Assembly (NCBI GenBank): GCA_002419055.1
Contig: DIFI01000021.1
Span: 24,102-88,101 of the forward strand
DNA: 64,000 nt
From: Peptococcaceae bacterium UBA5752
GTDB lineage: Bacteria; Bacillota; Dehalobacteriia; UBA4068
Direction: 5' to 3'
A program made the translations under genes and the position numbers. The notes beneath the pieces were generated by a model, which saw nothing but the letters and a program-made list of their open reading frames with translations, had not been told where the DNA came from and did no database searches. Of the stretch, positions 27,725 to 39,028 are shown piece after piece (position 1 is the first letter of the stretch; each line of letters begins with the position of its first letter).

Positions 27725-30574
27725 TTGGCGAGAGTCAAAATATATGAATTAGCTAAAGAGCTTTCAATCGAGAGCAAAGATATTATGCATAAACTACAAA
27801 AAATGGGAGTGGAAGCGAAAAGTCATATGAGCAGCATCAGCGAAAGCAATGCTGAAATGATTCGCCAAAGTGTAGTCAATAAGTCATCTAAGGATAAAAC
27901 CGTTATAGATAGCGGCTTTGTGCCCAAAATAACTCGTATTCCCAAAGCAGTAATTGAGCAGGAACAAATAAGTCTTATTAATACAGCGGATAAGGAAGAA
28001 CAAGGTAAGCCGGAAACAGAATCAGTTGTGTCAGCACCGCAAGAGGTTAGTGTTACTGAACCGATCGCAATTGCACAGACCAAACCTGAACCGACACCTG
28101 AACCTAAATCTGAACTTGAACCCAAGCCGGAGGCTAAACCAGAGCCCGAGCCTGAGGTTAAACCAGAGCCAAAGCCAGAGGCTAAACCAGAGCCCCAACC
28201 AGAACCCAAGCCAGAGGCTAAACCAGCGCCGAAACCTGAGCCTATGCTGGAGTCTCAAGCTGCGACCAAACCAATAACCGAGGCTAAACCAGAGGCTAAA
28301 CCTGAGTACAAACCACAACCTAAATCTGAGTTCAAACCACAACCCAGGTCTGATTTTAAGTCTCAATCTAAGCCGCATTCATTTACGCAAACGAGACAAT
28401 TTGCGGTCGGAGAAAATAAAACAGAAGGAAAGCCGCAGCCCAATCAGTCCAATCAGCTGAATCAGCCCAGGTATGCCAAGCCTTTACCAAAAGCCGAGGC
28501 AGGTCGTACTGATAATAAGAGTGGTACCTATAAAGACAAACCACATGATCAAAATCGTACGCCGTCAGCCAGACCGGATAATCGTCCGGCTAAGGATAAC
28601 AAGGGTGGTAAGGATAATAAAACAAACGGCAAGCCTGCGACTTTTGCTGCTCCGGTTGCCGCAAAACCTGCTGTCAATTACAGGCCTAGCCGTAATAAAC
28701 CTTCTGCCAAAGATTTGGCTGTCGAAAAAGATAACGAAGCAATCAGAAATAGAGGCTACCGGCCTAATAAAGGGCGTCGCGATAAGTTTAAAAAAGTACA
28801 AAAAGTGGTTATGCCACCTGTTGTGCCGAAAAAAATATTTATCGGTGAAACCGTCATCCTTGGTGAGTTAGCTAAAACTATGGGTAAATCTGCGGGAGAA
28901 ATAATCAAGAAACTTTTTGAGATGGGCACAATGGCGACCATTAATCAAGAATTAGATGCAGAATCCGCAATCTTACTAGCCGAGGAATTTGGCGTTACCG
29001 TTGAAGTCAAAACCGATAAAGCGGAAGAAATCATGGAAGACCTTGAAGACGATGAAGCTTTACTTAGCTTCCGTCCGCCGGTAGTGACAATTATGGGGCA
29101 TGTTGACCATGGTAAAACTTCCTTACTTGATGCCATCCGTCATACTAATGTTATTTCAACAGAAGCAGGAGGAATAACACAGCATATCGGTGCTTATCAG
29201 GTGGAAATTAATGGTAGAAAAATAACCTTCCTGGATACTCCGGGTCACGAAGCATTTACTGCAATGCGTGCCCGTGGTGCTCAGGTTACAGATATTGCAA
29301 TTATAGTTGTTGCCGCCGATGATGGAGTAATGCCTCAGACAATAGAGGCTATCAACCATTCCAAGGCAGCTAAAGTGCCTATTATAATTGCGATTAATAA
29401 AATTGACAAGCCCGGCGCCAATCCCGACCGTGTAAAACAGGAATTGATGGAATACGGTTTGGTTGCCGAAGAATGGGGCGGCGAAACGATAATGGTTCCG
29501 GTTTCCGCCAAAGCTCGTGAAAATATTGAGGGACTTTTGGAGATGATACTATTGGTAGCCGAAGTTGGCGAGTTAAAGGCCAATCCTAATCGCCAGGCGC
29601 GCGGTACCGTCATCGAAGCCAAACTTGACAAAAACAGAGGTCCTTTAGCAACGCTGTTGATTCAAAAAGGCACCCTTCATTTAGGGGACAGTATTTTAGC
29701 CGGGCCGGTATTTGGCAAGGTTAAAGCTATGAACGATGACAAAGGCCGCAAAGTTAAAGCTGCGCTGCCTTCAATGCCGGTGGAAGTATTGGGATTTTCC
29801 GAAACGCCGGCCGCCGGTGAGGTATTTATTGCTGTAAAAGATGATAAGGATGCACGTTTTGTAGCTTATAAACAGCAGATCAAGAAACGTGAAGAAGGCC
29901 TGACCAAAACGGCAAAAGTCAGTCTTGACGATTTATTTGAACAAATTGCTCAAGGCGAAATCAAAGAGTTGAATCTGGTTGTCAAGGGCGATGTCCAAGG
30001 ATCGGTGGAAGCTTTAAAGCAAAGTTTGGTTAAGCTCAATACCGATGAAGTCAAGGTTAATGTAATTCATGCCAGTGTTGGCGGTGTCAGCGAATCTGAT
30101 ATCATGCTGGCATCGGCCTCCAATGCAATCATCATAGGTTTCAATGTCCGTCCGGCCCCGGCTTCGCTTAAAGCAGCCGAGCACGAGAATGTTGACATTC
30201 GTCTTTATCGCGTTATCTATGATGCCATCGAAGATATCAAAAAGGCAATGACCGGTCTGTTAGCTCCTGAGTTTAAAGAGCAGGTAATCGGTCAGGCCGA
30301 AGTGCGTAGCATCTTTAGGGTACCCAAAGTTGGCGTTGTTGCCGGAGGCTACGTTATCTATGGTAAGATCACCAGAAATGCACTGGTGCGTGTAATTCGC
30401 GACAGTGTAGTTGTAGCAGAGGATAAGATAGATAGTCTACGCCGTTTCAAAGACGATGCCAAGGAAGTAATGTCCGGCTTTGAATGCGGTATCGGTTTGG
30501 AATCGTTTGCCGATATTAAAGAAGGGGACATCATCGAAGCCTATGTGATGGAAGAAATTAAGAGGGAGCTCTAA
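27725..30574 (+). CDS. infB: Translation initiation factor IF-2
   Basis: TTG 27725 lies 8 nt after AGGGAG, giving (M)[13 protein letters not shown]-domain [17 protein letters not shown]. Confidence 0.95.
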   Translation: MARVKIYELAKELSIESKDIMHKLQKMGVEAKSHMSSISESNAEMIRQSVVNKSSKDKTVIDSGFVPKITRIPKAVIEQEQISLINTADKEEQGKPETESVVSAPQEVSVTEPIAIAQTKPEPTPEPKSELEPKPEAKPEPEPEVKPEPKPEAKPEPQPEPKPEAKPAPKPEPMLESQAATKPITEAKPEAKPEYKPQPKSEFKPQPRSDFKSQSKPHSFTQTRQFAVGENKTEGKPQPNQSNQLNQPRYAKPLPKAEAGRTDNKSGTYKDKPHDQNRTPSARPDNRPAKDNKGGKDNKTNGKPATFAAPVAAKPAVNYRPSRNKPSAKDLAVEKDNEAIRNRGYRPNKGRRDKFKKVQKVVMPPVVPKKIFIGETVILGELAKTMGKSAGEIIKKLFEMGTMATINQELDAESAILLAEEFGVTVEVKTDKAEEIMEDLEDDEALLSFRPPVVTIMGHVDHGKTSLLDAIRHTNVISTEAGGITQHIGAYQVEINGRKITFLDTPGHEAFTAMRARGAQVTDIAIIVVAADDGVMPQTIEAINHSKAAKVPIIIAINKIDKPGANPDRVKQELMEYGLVAEEWGGETIMVPVSAKARENIEGLLEMILLVAEVGELKANPNRQARGTVIEAKLDKNRGPLATLLIQKGTLHLGDSILAGPVFGKVKAMNDDKGRKVKAALPSMPVEVLGFSETPAAGEVFIAVKDDKDARFVAYKQQIKKREEGLTKTAKVSLDDLFEQIAQGEIKELNLVVKGDVQGSVEALKQSLVKLNTDEVKVNVIHASVGGVSESDIMLASASNAIIIGFNVRPAPASLKAAEHENVDIRLYRVIYDAIEDIKKAMTGLLAPEFKEQVIGQAEVRSIFRVPKVGVVAGGYVIYGKITRNALVRVIRDSVVVAEDKIDSLRRFKDDAKEVMSGFECGIGLESFADIKEGDIIEAYVMEEIKREL
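28083..28260 (+). repeat. Low-complexity PEPKPEAK-type repeat tract in the IF2 N-terminal linker
   Basis: (P-E-[PA]-K)n at both nt and protein level. It generates spurious repetitive ORFs on both strands (28026..28378). Confidence 0.7.
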
Positions 30575-30575
30575 T

Positions 30576-30977
30576 ATGGCTCGTTATAGAAGCGGCCGTC
30601 TGGCCGGAGAAATCCAAAAACAAGTGGCGCAAATTATCAGCAGAGATCTCAAAAATCCGCAACTGGATCTGGTATCGATATTGGCTGTTGACGCTTCTCC
30701 CGATTTCAGCTCAGCGCGGATTTATATCAGCCCGCCGCTGGGACGAGAAGATGAGAGTGATTTAATTGCGGCAGCTTTAGAAAATTCCAAAGGTTATATC
30801 CGTCATTTGTTGGGGCAGCGGATGAAGATGCGGCAAATACCCGAACTGTATTTCCATATCGATAATTCGATTGCCTATGGTGTGAAAATGATCAGTATTA
30901 TAGATAAACAAATAGAGGACGATAAGGCAAAGGCTGCCTTGCGTCCGCCGGAAGAGGAAAATAAGTATGAAAAGTGA
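30576..30977 (+). CDS. rbfA: Ribosome-binding factor A
   Basis: Follows infB by 2 nt. RbfA-like sequence. Confidence 0.9.
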   Translation: MARYRSGRLAGEIQKQVAQIISRDLKNPQLDLVSILAVDASPDFSSARIYISPPLGREDESDLIAAALENSKGYIRHLLGQRMKMRQIPELYFHIDNSIAYGVKMISIIDKQIEDDKAKAALRPPEEENKYEK

Positions 30978-31941
30978 TTACGGAGTATTGATCGATAAAC
31001 TCCGTGACTGCCATGAGATAATTGTTTGTGGTCATGTAAACCCGGATCCGGATTGCATAGGCACTATGCTGGCGTTGGATCAAGCTTTTGCTGGGAAAAG
31101 CAAAGGTTGGCGATTGGTAATGGATGAACCGGTACCGTCATATCTTGACTATCTTGACGGTATCGATAGATTTATTACTTCGGATGCGTTGGATATTCGG
31201 CCGCAAAAGGTGTTGTTGGTGGATTGCAGTGAACCGGAACGTTGTGGCAGCTGGCTGCCGCCGTTGATTGAGCAATATCAGCCGCAGCTTTATTGCCTTG
31301 ACCATCATCTCAGCAATGAATTTGTCGGTGATGGCATGGTACTGGAGACCGACGCTGCCGCCAGCGGCGAAATTGCCGCCGTATTGTTGGAGAAAGCCGG
31401 TATCGAAATTGATACGGCTATAGCTACCCAACTTTATACTGCGATTGTCGGTGATACCGGTTGCTTCCGTTATACCAATACTACACCGCGAACGCTGCGT
31501 ATCGGCGCTGATTTGTTAGCCAAACATATCGATGTAGAACAGATCAGAATCAGGCTATTTGAAAGTCATTCATATACAAATATGCAAATGATCCGCGTGG
31601 CCTTCGAAAATATGCAGGTAGAACTCAACGGTCAGCTATGCTATATGATAATCGATCATCAATCGATGCTGGATGCGGGTGCAGCAAGCGGTGATTGTGA
31701 TAATATCGTCAGCAATACATTGACATTGAGCGGTGTTAAAATCGGTTTGCTGTTTGAAGAATATCCGGATATGGTCAAAGTCAGTATGCGTTGCCGCAAT
31801 GGTTATCGCGTTGATCATTTAGCACAGAGTTTCGGCGGCGGAGGCCATTTACTGGCTAGTGGCTGTCGTATCAAGGCCAGCCTGGAGCAGGCCAAGACAG
31901 AGGTTTTAGCGGCAGCGCGTCAGCTGTTGCAAGCGCAATAG
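30967..31941 (+). CDS. nrnA: DHH/DHHA1 phosphoesterase (NrnA-like oligoribonuclease/pAp phosphatase)
   Basis: Motifs DHH (LDHH), GGGH. Conserved position between rbfA and truB. Confidence 0.8.
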   Translation: MKSDYGVLIDKLRDCHEIIVCGHVNPDPDCIGTMLALDQAFAGKSKGWRLVMDEPVPSYLDYLDGIDRFITSDALDIRPQKVLLVDCSEPERCGSWLPPLIEQYQPQLYCLDHHLSNEFVGDGMVLETDAAASGEIAAVLLEKAGIEIDTAIATQLYTAIVGDTGCFRYTNTTPRTLRIGADLLAKHIDVEQIRIRLFESHSYTNMQMIRVAFENMQVELNGQLCYMIIDHQSMLDAGAASGDCDNIVSNTLTLSGVKIGLLFEEYPDMVKVSMRCRNGYRVDHLAQSFGGGGHLLASGCRIKASLEQAKTEVLAAARQLLQAQ

Positions 31942-31988
31942 CATTGCAGTAAATAATTATAGAGCCAAAAGATGTGGTGGTAGATATC

Positions 31989-33827
31989 ATGGACGGTTTC
32001 ATCAATATCAACAAAGAGCCTGGCATCTCTTCTCATGGTGTCGTGGCCGCCGTGAGGCGGCTTTTGCATTGTAAGGCTGGCCATTGCGGTACGCTTGATC
32101 CTGCGGCCGGCGGAGTGCTGCCGGTTTGCATCGGCAAAGCGACCAGACTGGCCGAATATATCAGCGGCGGCGTTAAACGTTATCGCGGCACGGTAGTTTT
32201 CGGCATAGAAACAGACAGTTACGATGCGATGGGTGCTGAGGTCGGTCGAGCCAGCGCCGCGCATTTAAACCGCCAGGATATTGAAGCATTGCTGCCGCAA
32301 TTCATAGGTGAAATCGACCAGATACCGCCTGTGGTATCGGCCCTAAAAAGCGGTGGCGTACCGCTTTATAAGCGCTTTCGCCGTGGAGAGGATATCGAAG
32401 TTGCTGCCCGCAAGGTGCGGATTTATGATATTGAGCTTAAAAATTTTCGGCCGGGCGTTGAAACAGCCGAGGCAGAAATTGAGGTCGAATGCGGGCAGGG
32501 GACATATATCCGTTCGATTGCCCACGATTTGGGACAGCTTTGCGGTTGTGGCGCTCACCTTGCTCATCTACAGCGTTTGCAAGTTGGCGATTTTAGGATT
32601 GAAACGGCGCTGACGCTTGAACGATTGGCGGAAATTATTGCTGCGGGTGAAGACGATTGGTTATTGCCGATGCAGTATCCATTGGCTAATTGGCCGCGAT
32701 TTGTGGTTACCGATCAGCAACTGCGTCAGGTTTTGCATGGCAACCCTTTATGCTTAGGGCCTGAAACAGAACCGGTGGAGTTGTGTTTAGTGGAAAACAG
32801 TGACGGAGTATTACTTGGCATAGCTAATATTCTTAACAATGATACTAAGGAAGGTGCAGTACTGAATATGACAAAGGTATTGGCTGATCCGCCTGCTGCC
32901 AAAAAATATGATGCGGTGGTAATAGGTAATTTTGACGGAGTGCATTTGGGACATCGTGCTTTATTTAGTGAGCTTTATCGGATTAAACAGCAAACAGGGG
33001 CTGTGACGGCGGCTGTGACGTTCGATCCTCATCCGATGGCATTGATCAAAGGCAAAATGCCGCCGTTACTCAATGCTGCGGAAGCAAAAATTGCGCTGAT
33101 CAAAAAATATTTTGCTGTTGATGAAGTAGTGGTGTTACCTTTTGATCAGCAACTGATGAACAGCACGCCGCAGCAATTTGTGGATAGGATAATTTGTTGC
33201 GTACTCAAAGCATCGCAGGTAATCGTTGGCTATAATTTTAGTTTCGGCGCCGGTGGACAAGGAAACGCCCAGATGCTCAAAGAACTGTGTGAACCCCGCG
33301 GCATCAAAGTGATGATCATAGATCAAGTGACGTCACCTTATGGCGATATCTCATCATCCAATATTCGTGAGCGTCTGTCGCGCGGCGATATGGAAGCGGC
33401 TAATTATATGCTTGGCTATTGGTATACATTGGCCGGTGAGGTTGTTCGCGGCAAAAGTATTGGCCGTACACTAGGTTTTCCAACGGCTAATTTTTATCCG
33501 GCGACTGATAGAGTTTATATACCCTGCGGCGTATATGCCGTTCGTGTAGAACATAATAGAATAACTTATGATGGTGTAGCCAATTACGGTTACAAACCGA
33601 CGGTTGGCAATTTCCTGCAGCCATCGATTGAGGTGCATATTTTCAATCAAGATATCACGCTCTACGGCGAAAATATCAAAGTTTGTTTTGGTGAATTTAT
33701 TCGTCCCGAACATAAATTTGACAATCTTGATCAACTGAGAGAGGAAATCGGCAGAAACAAGGAAACAGCCAAAGATTTTTTAATTACTCAAAATGCAGAT
33801 AAACACTTGCCAAAGCCGATCAAATAG
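31989..33827 (+). CDS. In-frame fusion of tRNA pseudouridine55 synthase TruB with bifunctional riboflavin kinase/FAD synthetase RibF
   Basis: The ORF is uninterrupted. TruB motifs GHCGTLDP through the PUA-like end run to about aa 295. RibF follows: VVIGNFDGVHLGH ... the riboflavin-kinase domain. A possible internal start (MTKV) sits at 32868. Confidence 0.75.
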   Translation: MDGFININKEPGISSHGVVAAVRRLLHCKAGHCGTLDPAAGGVLPVCIGKATRLAEYISGGVKRYRGTVVFGIETDSYDAMGAEVGRASAAHLNRQDIEALLPQFIGEIDQIPPVVSALKSGGVPLYKRFRRGEDIEVAARKVRIYDIELKNFRPGVETAEAEIEVECGQGTYIRSIAHDLGQLCGCGAHLAHLQRLQVGDFRIETALTLERLAEIIAAGEDDWLLPMQYPLANWPRFVVTDQQLRQVLHGNPLCLGPETEPVELCLVENSDGVLLGIANILNNDTKEGAVLNMTKVLADPPAAKKYDAVVIGNFDGVHLGHRALFSELYRIKQQTGAVTAAVTFDPHPMALIKGKMPPLLNAAEAKIALIKKYFAVDEVVVLPFDQQLMNSTPQQFVDRIICCVLKASQVIVGYNFSFGAGGQGNAQMLKELCEPRGIKVMIIDQVTSPYGDISSSNIRERLSRGDMEAANYMLGYWYTLAGEVVRGKSIGRTLGFPTANFYPATDRVYIPCGVYAVRVEHNRITYDGVANYGYKPTVGNFLQPSIEVHIFNQDITLYGENIKVCFGEFIRPEHKFDNLDQLREEIGRNKETAKDFLITQNADKHLPKPIK

Positions 33828-33829
33828 GT

Positions 33830-34013
33830 TATAATAGCTGCACAGCAGCTCGAAATCTATGATTTCGAGGCTGAGCGTCTATTTAAGCTCATGCTTTTCC
33901 CATAAGGGAAAAGACAGCTAGAATAGCTGCGCGTACTAAAAATCCCTATCTGGGTTTGACGATGCTCCGACGCTTTCTCGGATATGGGGGATAAAAATAA
34001 AGGAGGTGCCGTT
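33830..34013 (+). promoter_or_regulatory. Structured rpsO leader (three consecutive perfect hairpins)
   Basis: Stems AGCTG/CAGCT, CTCGAAATC/GATTTCGAG and TTTTCCC/GGGAAAA lie upstream of the AGGAGG RBS. Confidence 0.3.
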
Positions 34014-34277
34014 ATGGATTCGGCAGCAAAACAACAAATTATTGAAAAATATCGTGTTCATGAGACCGATACCGGTTCGCCGGAAGTACAAATCGCTATC
34101 CTCAGTTATCAAATTAATTATTTGACTGAGCATCTGAAGATCCACAAAAAGGATTTTCATAGCCGCCGCGGTCTTTTGAAGATGGTTGGCCAACGCCGTG
34201 GTCTTTTGAATTATCTTAAGGGCAAAGACATTGACCGTTATCGTAAGATAATTACTTCTCTTGGCCTGCGTCGTTAA
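34014..34277 (+). CDS. rpsO: 30S ribosomal protein S15
   Basis: ATG 34014 after AGGAGG. S15 sequence. Confidence 0.95.
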   Translation: MDSAAKQQIIEKYRVHETDTGSPEVQIAILSYQINYLTEHLKIHKKDFHSRRGLLKMVGQRRGLLNYLKGKDIDRYRKIITSLGLRR

Positions 34278-34296
34278 ATTAAAAGCAAAAGTAAAA

Positions 34297-34327
34297 CACC
34301 CTCTATTGACAGAGGGTGTTTTTTTAT
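34297..34327 (+). terminator. Rho-independent terminator (CACCCTCT...AGAGGGTG + T9)
   Basis: 8-bp perfect stem followed by TTTTTTTAT. Confidence 0.7.
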
Positions 34328-34468
34328 ATGTAAAATTATCTAAATATTTTTTAATGTTATTAAGTCAGATAATATGGCAAGCAGGAGATGAGATATATTT
34401 GTTGAATATTCATAAGTTAATAAAAAAGTGAAAAAGTGAAAGAATAAGTAGGTATGGAGGGTAATTTT

Positions 34469-36622
34469 ATGAATCAAATTTTAACAAAGAGTATTGAAGT
34501 CAGCGGACGGCAGCTGACGCTGGAAACGGGGCGGATGGCCAAGCAGGCCGGTGGTGCTGTTTTCGTATCCTATGGCGATACCATGGTATTGTCGGCCGCG
34601 ACTATGAGCGACGTGCCTCGTAACGGAGTTGACTTTTTTCCGTTATCTGTTGATTATGAAGAAAAAATGTATGCTGTCGGCAAGATTCCCGGCGGTTTTA
34701 TCAAAAGAGAAGGACGCCCCAGTGAGAAAGCAGTGCTTTCATCGCGGATTATCGATAGACCATTGCGTCCGCTGTTTCCCAAAGCGATGCGTAACGATGT
34801 GCAGGTAATTAATACCGTAATGTCGGTTGATAATGATAATGCTCCGGATATGACGGCGATGATCGGCGCTTCAGCGGCGCTGCATATTTCTAAAATACCT
34901 TTTGGCGGACCTATTGCCGGTGTTATTGTCGGTTATGTTGACGGTGAATTTATCTTAAATCCCACAGTTGACCAAGAGGAAAAAAGTTTGATGCATTTGG
35001 CGGTCGCGGGTACTGCTGATGCGGTTATGATGGTAGAGGCGGGGGCAAAAGAGGTGCCGGAGGAAATAATCCTTGAAGGTATTTTGTATGCTCATCAAAA
35101 TATCAGATTAATTGTTGAATTCATTGAAGAGTTCAGAGCCGAAGCCTTAACGATGGGATTGGCAAAAGAAAAATGGCTATATGTTGAAGAAGAGATAGAT
35201 GCCGCGTTGGTGGAAAAAATTAAAGAACTTGCCACTCAACCGATGAAAGATCTGATGTACCGTTGTTGCCAGGAGCATTTGGATAAAGCAACGCGGGAGA
35301 ATTTGATTAAAGAATTAAATGATAGTATTAAACAACAATTAGCAGAAGAATATCCCGATTCTTCCGCACAAATCGGCGGAGTCATTTATAAAATAGAAAA
35401 AGAAACTATGCGTTCGCTGATAGCCAAAGATAAAATCAGAATTGATGGCCGCGCGATCAACGAAGTACGTCCGATCTCCTGTGAAGTGGGCGTTTTGGCG
35501 CGGGCACACGGTTCTTCGCTGTTTACCAGAGGTCAAACACAGATATTAAATGCGCTGACTCTGGGCACTATCAGCCAGGAACAGATCTTGGATGGGCTTG
35601 GCGTAGAAGATTCAAAACGGTATATGCATCAATATAACTTCCCGCCTTACAGCGTCGGCGAGACGCGTCCGATGCGCAGCCCGGGCCGCAGAGAAATCGG
35701 TCATGGCGCTTTGGCGGAACGTGCACTGTTGCCGGTAATACCTTCCGAGGAGGCTTTCCCCTATGCGCTGAGGCTGGTTTCGGAGGCTATCGAATCTAAC
35801 GGTTCTACTTCGATGGGCAGCGTTTGTGCCAGCACTTTGTCGCTGATGGATGCCGGTGTTCCGATATCCTCGCCTGTCTCCGGTTGTGCAATGGGCCTGA
35901 TTAAAGAGGGCGAAGATATTACAATTCTTACCGATATTCAGGGTATGGAAGATTTTCTCGGCGATATGGACTTTAAAGTTGCCGGTACGGTGCATGGAGT
36001 GACTGCTATCCAAATGGATATCAAGATTGCCGGTATCGGTAAAGAAATTCTTACCCGTGCTTTAACACAGGCCAAAGAAGGCCGTGCCTTTATCCTTGGC
36101 AAGATGCTGGAAGCACTAGCCGAGCCGCGTCAAGAGCTTTCACCATATGCGCCGCGGATTATCACCATCCAGATTAATCCAGATAAAATAAGAGAAGTCA
36201 TCGGTTCCGGCGGTAAAGTAATCAAGAAGATTATTGAAGAAACAGGCGCTGCAATTGATATTGAAGATGACGGCAGAATATTTATTGCCAGCGTCGATGC
36301 GTTAGCCGGTGACAGAGCTCTGAAAATTATCAATAGTATTGTAGCGGAGCCGGAAGTCGGCAAAATTTATGAAGGCAAAGTAGTAAAAATTATGGATTTT
36401 GGCGCTTTTGTAGAGATTATTCCCGGCGTGCTGGGAGCCGGCGGTAAAGACGGTATGGTCCATATATCCCAATTGGCGAGCAAGCGCGTAGATAAAGTCA
36501 CTGATGTTTGCGCGGAAGGCGATACAATGTGGGTTAAGTGCATAGGCGTCGAAGCTGCAACAGGTAAAGTTAAGCTTTCGCATAAGGATGCGTTGAAGGA
36601 AATGGGCTTAAAAGAGGAATAA
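34469..36622 (+). CDS. pnp: Polyribonucleotide nucleotidyltransferase (PNPase)
   Basis: ATG 34469 lies 6 nt after GGAGGG. Two RNase PH domains, KH, S1. Confidence 0.95.
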   Translation: MNQILTKSIEVSGRQLTLETGRMAKQAGGAVFVSYGDTMVLSAATMSDVPRNGVDFFPLSVDYEEKMYAVGKIPGGFIKREGRPSEKAVLSSRIIDRPLRPLFPKAMRNDVQVINTVMSVDNDNAPDMTAMIGASAALHISKIPFGGPIAGVIVGYVDGEFILNPTVDQEEKSLMHLAVAGTADAVMMVEAGAKEVPEEIILEGILYAHQNIRLIVEFIEEFRAEALTMGLAKEKWLYVEEEIDAALVEKIKELATQPMKDLMYRCCQEHLDKATRENLIKELNDSIKQQLAEEYPDSSAQIGGVIYKIEKETMRSLIAKDKIRIDGRAINEVRPISCEVGVLARAHGSSLFTRGQTQILNALTLGTISQEQILDGLGVEDSKRYMHQYNFPPYSVGETRPMRSPGRREIGHGALAERALLPVIPSEEAFPYALRLVSEAIESNGSTSMGSVCASTLSLMDAGVPISSPVSGCAMGLIKEGEDITILTDIQGMEDFLGDMDFKVAGTVHGVTAIQMDIKIAGIGKEILTRALTQAKEGRAFILGKMLEALAEPRQELSPYAPRIITIQINPDKIREVIGSGGKVIKKIIEETGAAIDIEDDGRIFIASVDALAGDRALKIINSIVAEPEVGKIYEGKVVKIMDFGAFVEIIPGVLGAGGKDGMVHISQLASKRVDKVTDVCAEGDTMWVKCIGVEAATGKVKLSHKDALKEMGLKEE

Positions 36623-36638
36623 TCAGGAGGCGTTGAAT

Positions 36639-37268
36639 ATGAAGGTTTTACTGATAAACGGTAGTCCCCATAAACAAGGCTGCACATTTACGGCATTAAC
36701 GGAAGTAGCGTCCGCGATCGCGGACGCTACTATCGATACAGAAATATTTCATATCGGTAGTCAGCCTCTTCGCGGTTGCTGCGGTTGTAAAGTTTGCCGC
36801 AAAGACAATATTAACCGCTGCGCCTTTGACGATGATTGCGTCAATATCGCATTGGCAAAAGCCAAGGAAGCAGACGGCTTTGTTTTCGGTTCTCCGGTAC
36901 ATTTTGCGGGAGCTTCCGGCAGCATCACCTCATTTTTAGACCGCTTATTTTATGCGGGAAGCGGCTTCTTTGCTTATAAACCGGGCGCTGCTATCGTAAC
37001 TTGCCGCCGTGGCGGTGCGACAGCAGCCGTGGAGCAACTGAATAAATATTTCATGTATGCCCAGATGCCGGTAGTATCATCTCAATATTGGAATATGGCT
37101 CATGGCAATACGCCCCAAGAGCTGGTTCAGGATGCCGAGGGTATGCAGATCATGCGGGTTTTAGGTAAAAACATGACCTGGTTACTTAAATCAATCGAAG
37201 CCGGACGTTTGGCAAATGTTGAATTACCAAAACAAGAAAAAAAGGTCGCAACGAACTTTATTCGATAA
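36639..37268 (+). CDS. Iron-sulfur flavoprotein (NADPH-dependent FMN reductase family, compact Cys motif)
   Basis: MKVLLINGSPH flavodoxin-like start. GCCGCKVCRKDNINRC cysteine cluster. AGGAGG RBS. Confidence 0.7.
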   Translation: MKVLLINGSPHKQGCTFTALTEVASAIADATIDTEIFHIGSQPLRGCCGCKVCRKDNINRCAFDDDCVNIALAKAKEADGFVFGSPVHFAGASGSITSFLDRLFYAGSGFFAYKPGAAIVTCRRGGATAAVEQLNKYFMYAQMPVVSSQYWNMAHGNTPQELVQDAEGMQIMRVLGKNMTWLLKSIEAGRLANVELPKQEKKVATNFIR

Positions 37269-37526
37269 AATGCTTGTATAATTTACAAAAAATGGTACTA
37301 TTAGTAAAGAATATAAATATATTTAATGACAAATGTATGAGAAAATAATGACGCTTCAAGTGTAACGCATAAGCTTTGTGAAGCAATTCCTATAGTATAT
37401 TGCGTAAAAGATTCTATCAGATGGCAACCTTTTAAACGGAGGCGTACGGTTTTATTCTGTTACGCTTCCTTTTTGTTATATTATCTTTGTTAATGGAAAT
37501 TATATTAGCGAGGAGGATTAAAGTCT

Positions 37527-38618
37527 ATGGAATCAAAAACTCCATTGTACGAATGTCACCTACGCGCCGGCGGTAAAATGGTGGCCTTTGCCGGTTATTT
37601 GTTGCCTGTGCAATATGCGGGAGGCGGAGTAATTGCCGAGCATAATGCTGTTCGCAAAGCAGCCGGACTATTTGATGTTTCCCATATGGGGGAATTCATT
37701 TTAAGCGGCAAAGACGGATTGGTCAATCTGCAATTGTTATTGACCAATGATTACAGCAATTTGGCGGATGGGTTTGTGCGGTACAGCCCAATGTGTTATG
37801 AAAACGGCGGCGTGGTTGACGACCTGCTGGTATATAAATTAAAAGATAATCAATATCTGATAGTTGTTAACGCTTCTAACAGAGCTAAGGATTATCAATG
37901 GATCAAAGACCATTTAAGCGGCGATGCCAAACTGAATGATGTTTCCGATCAGATAGCACAATTGGCCCTACAAGGGCCTATGTCTATTAGTATTATGCAA
38001 AAGTTGGTAGCTGCTGCAGATATTCCTCAAACAAATTATTCATTTAAGCCTAAGGTTAAGGTCGGTAATATAGAATGTTTGCTTTCCCGTACCGGCTATA
38101 CCGGCGAGGACGGCTTTGAATTATATTGTTCTGCCGCCGATGCGCCTTTTTTATGGGATATGTTATTGCAGGCAGGGGAGCAATTTGGTCTGCGTCCATG
38201 TGGTCTGGGTGCGCGTGATACACTGCGCCTGGAAGCGGCAATGCCACTGTATGGACATGAGATCGATGCCGATATCTCACCGCTGGAGGCCGGCCTTGGC
38301 TATTTTGTCAATCTTGACAAAGCAGATTTTATTGGCAAGCAGGCGCTGATAGAAGCAAATCCACCGCCGCGCTGTCGGGTCGGGCTGAAAATGATTGACA
38401 AAGGGATAGCCCGCGAAGGCTGTTTTGTTTATGCCCAAGACCGAACAATCGGTCATATCTGTTCCGGCACCATGTTTCCTTATTTAGGTTATGCGGGCGC
38501 AACCGCGCTGGTAGATAGAGCATATAAGCCAATCGGCAGTCTGGTTATTGTTGATGTGCGGGGGCGCAAATTGCAGGCGGAAGTTATAAAAACGCCCTTT
38601 TATAAACGGCAAAAATAA
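37527..38618 (+). CDS. gcvT: Glycine cleavage system T protein (aminomethyltransferase)
   Basis: GGAGG RBS. GcvT sequence. Confidence 0.9.
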   Translation: MESKTPLYECHLRAGGKMVAFAGYLLPVQYAGGGVIAEHNAVRKAAGLFDVSHMGEFILSGKDGLVNLQLLLTNDYSNLADGFVRYSPMCYENGGVVDDLLVYKLKDNQYLIVVNASNRAKDYQWIKDHLSGDAKLNDVSDQIAQLALQGPMSISIMQKLVAAADIPQTNYSFKPKVKVGNIECLLSRTGYTGEDGFELYCSAADAPFLWDMLLQAGEQFGLRPCGLGARDTLRLEAAMPLYGHEIDADISPLEAGLGYFVNLDKADFIGKQALIEANPPPRCRVGLKMIDKGIAREGCFVYAQDRTIGHICSGTMFPYLGYAGATALVDRAYKPIGSLVIVDVRGRKLQAEVIKTPFYKRQK

Positions 38619-38647
38619 AATTTTTATAGATTTAAGGAGGAATCACA

Positions 38648-39028
38648 ATGAGTAAAATTAAAGAAGGCATATTTTATACCGATAGCCATGAATGGGTAGA
38701 GTATATCGATGATATTGCCGTAATTGGGCTAAGCGATTATGCCCAGGAAGAATTAGGCGATGTTGTATTTGTCAATCTTCCTGAAATCGGCGATAAGATT
38801 AGCGCCGGGGAAGCTTTTTGTGACGTGGAAAGTGTTAAAGCAGTATCCGACATAATTGCTCCGATCTCCGGCGAAGTAACTGAAATCAATGATGAACTTG
38901 CCGATAATCCGGAAATGCTTAATAGCGATTGTTATAGCGCTTGGATATGCCGCGTTGGCAAAATCACCGGCGAGGGAAAGCTGATGGATGCCAAAGTATA
39001 TGGAAAGTTTTTGGTGGAGCAGGAATAA
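38648..39028 (+). CDS. gcvH: Glycine cleavage system H protein
   Basis: Lipoyl-lysine motif ESVKAVSD. Confidence 0.9.
   Translation: MSKIKEGIFYTDSHEWVEYIDDIAVIGLSDYAQEELGDVVFVNLPEIGDKISAGEAFCDVESVKAVSDIIAPISGEVTEINDELADNPEMLNSDCYSAWICRVGKITGEGKLMDAKVYGKFLVEQE

Noticed and set aside
27823-28378. ORFs on both strands within infB (27823..28209, 28026..28277, 28031..28378)
   Set aside because: They are artefacts of the PEPKPEAK repeat tract. infB is unquestionably the real gene.
31974-31988. GTG start extending truB by five codons (MVVDI)
   Set aside because: The canonical TruB N-terminus MDGFININKP begins at ATG 31989.
37269-37526. Expected glycine riboswitch upstream of gcvT
   Set aside because: I looked for the GGAGAG...ACCGAAGGGGCAA...CTCTGGAGAG hallmarks and did not find them. 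A covariance-model scan would be decisive.
38941-39027. N-terminal extension of gcvPA overlapping gcvH (ORF-track start 38941)
   Set aside because: The TAATG-coupled ATG at 39028 gives the conserved MGNYIATT start. The extension would overlap gcvH in another frame. The same logic places gcvPB at 40341 rather than 40266.
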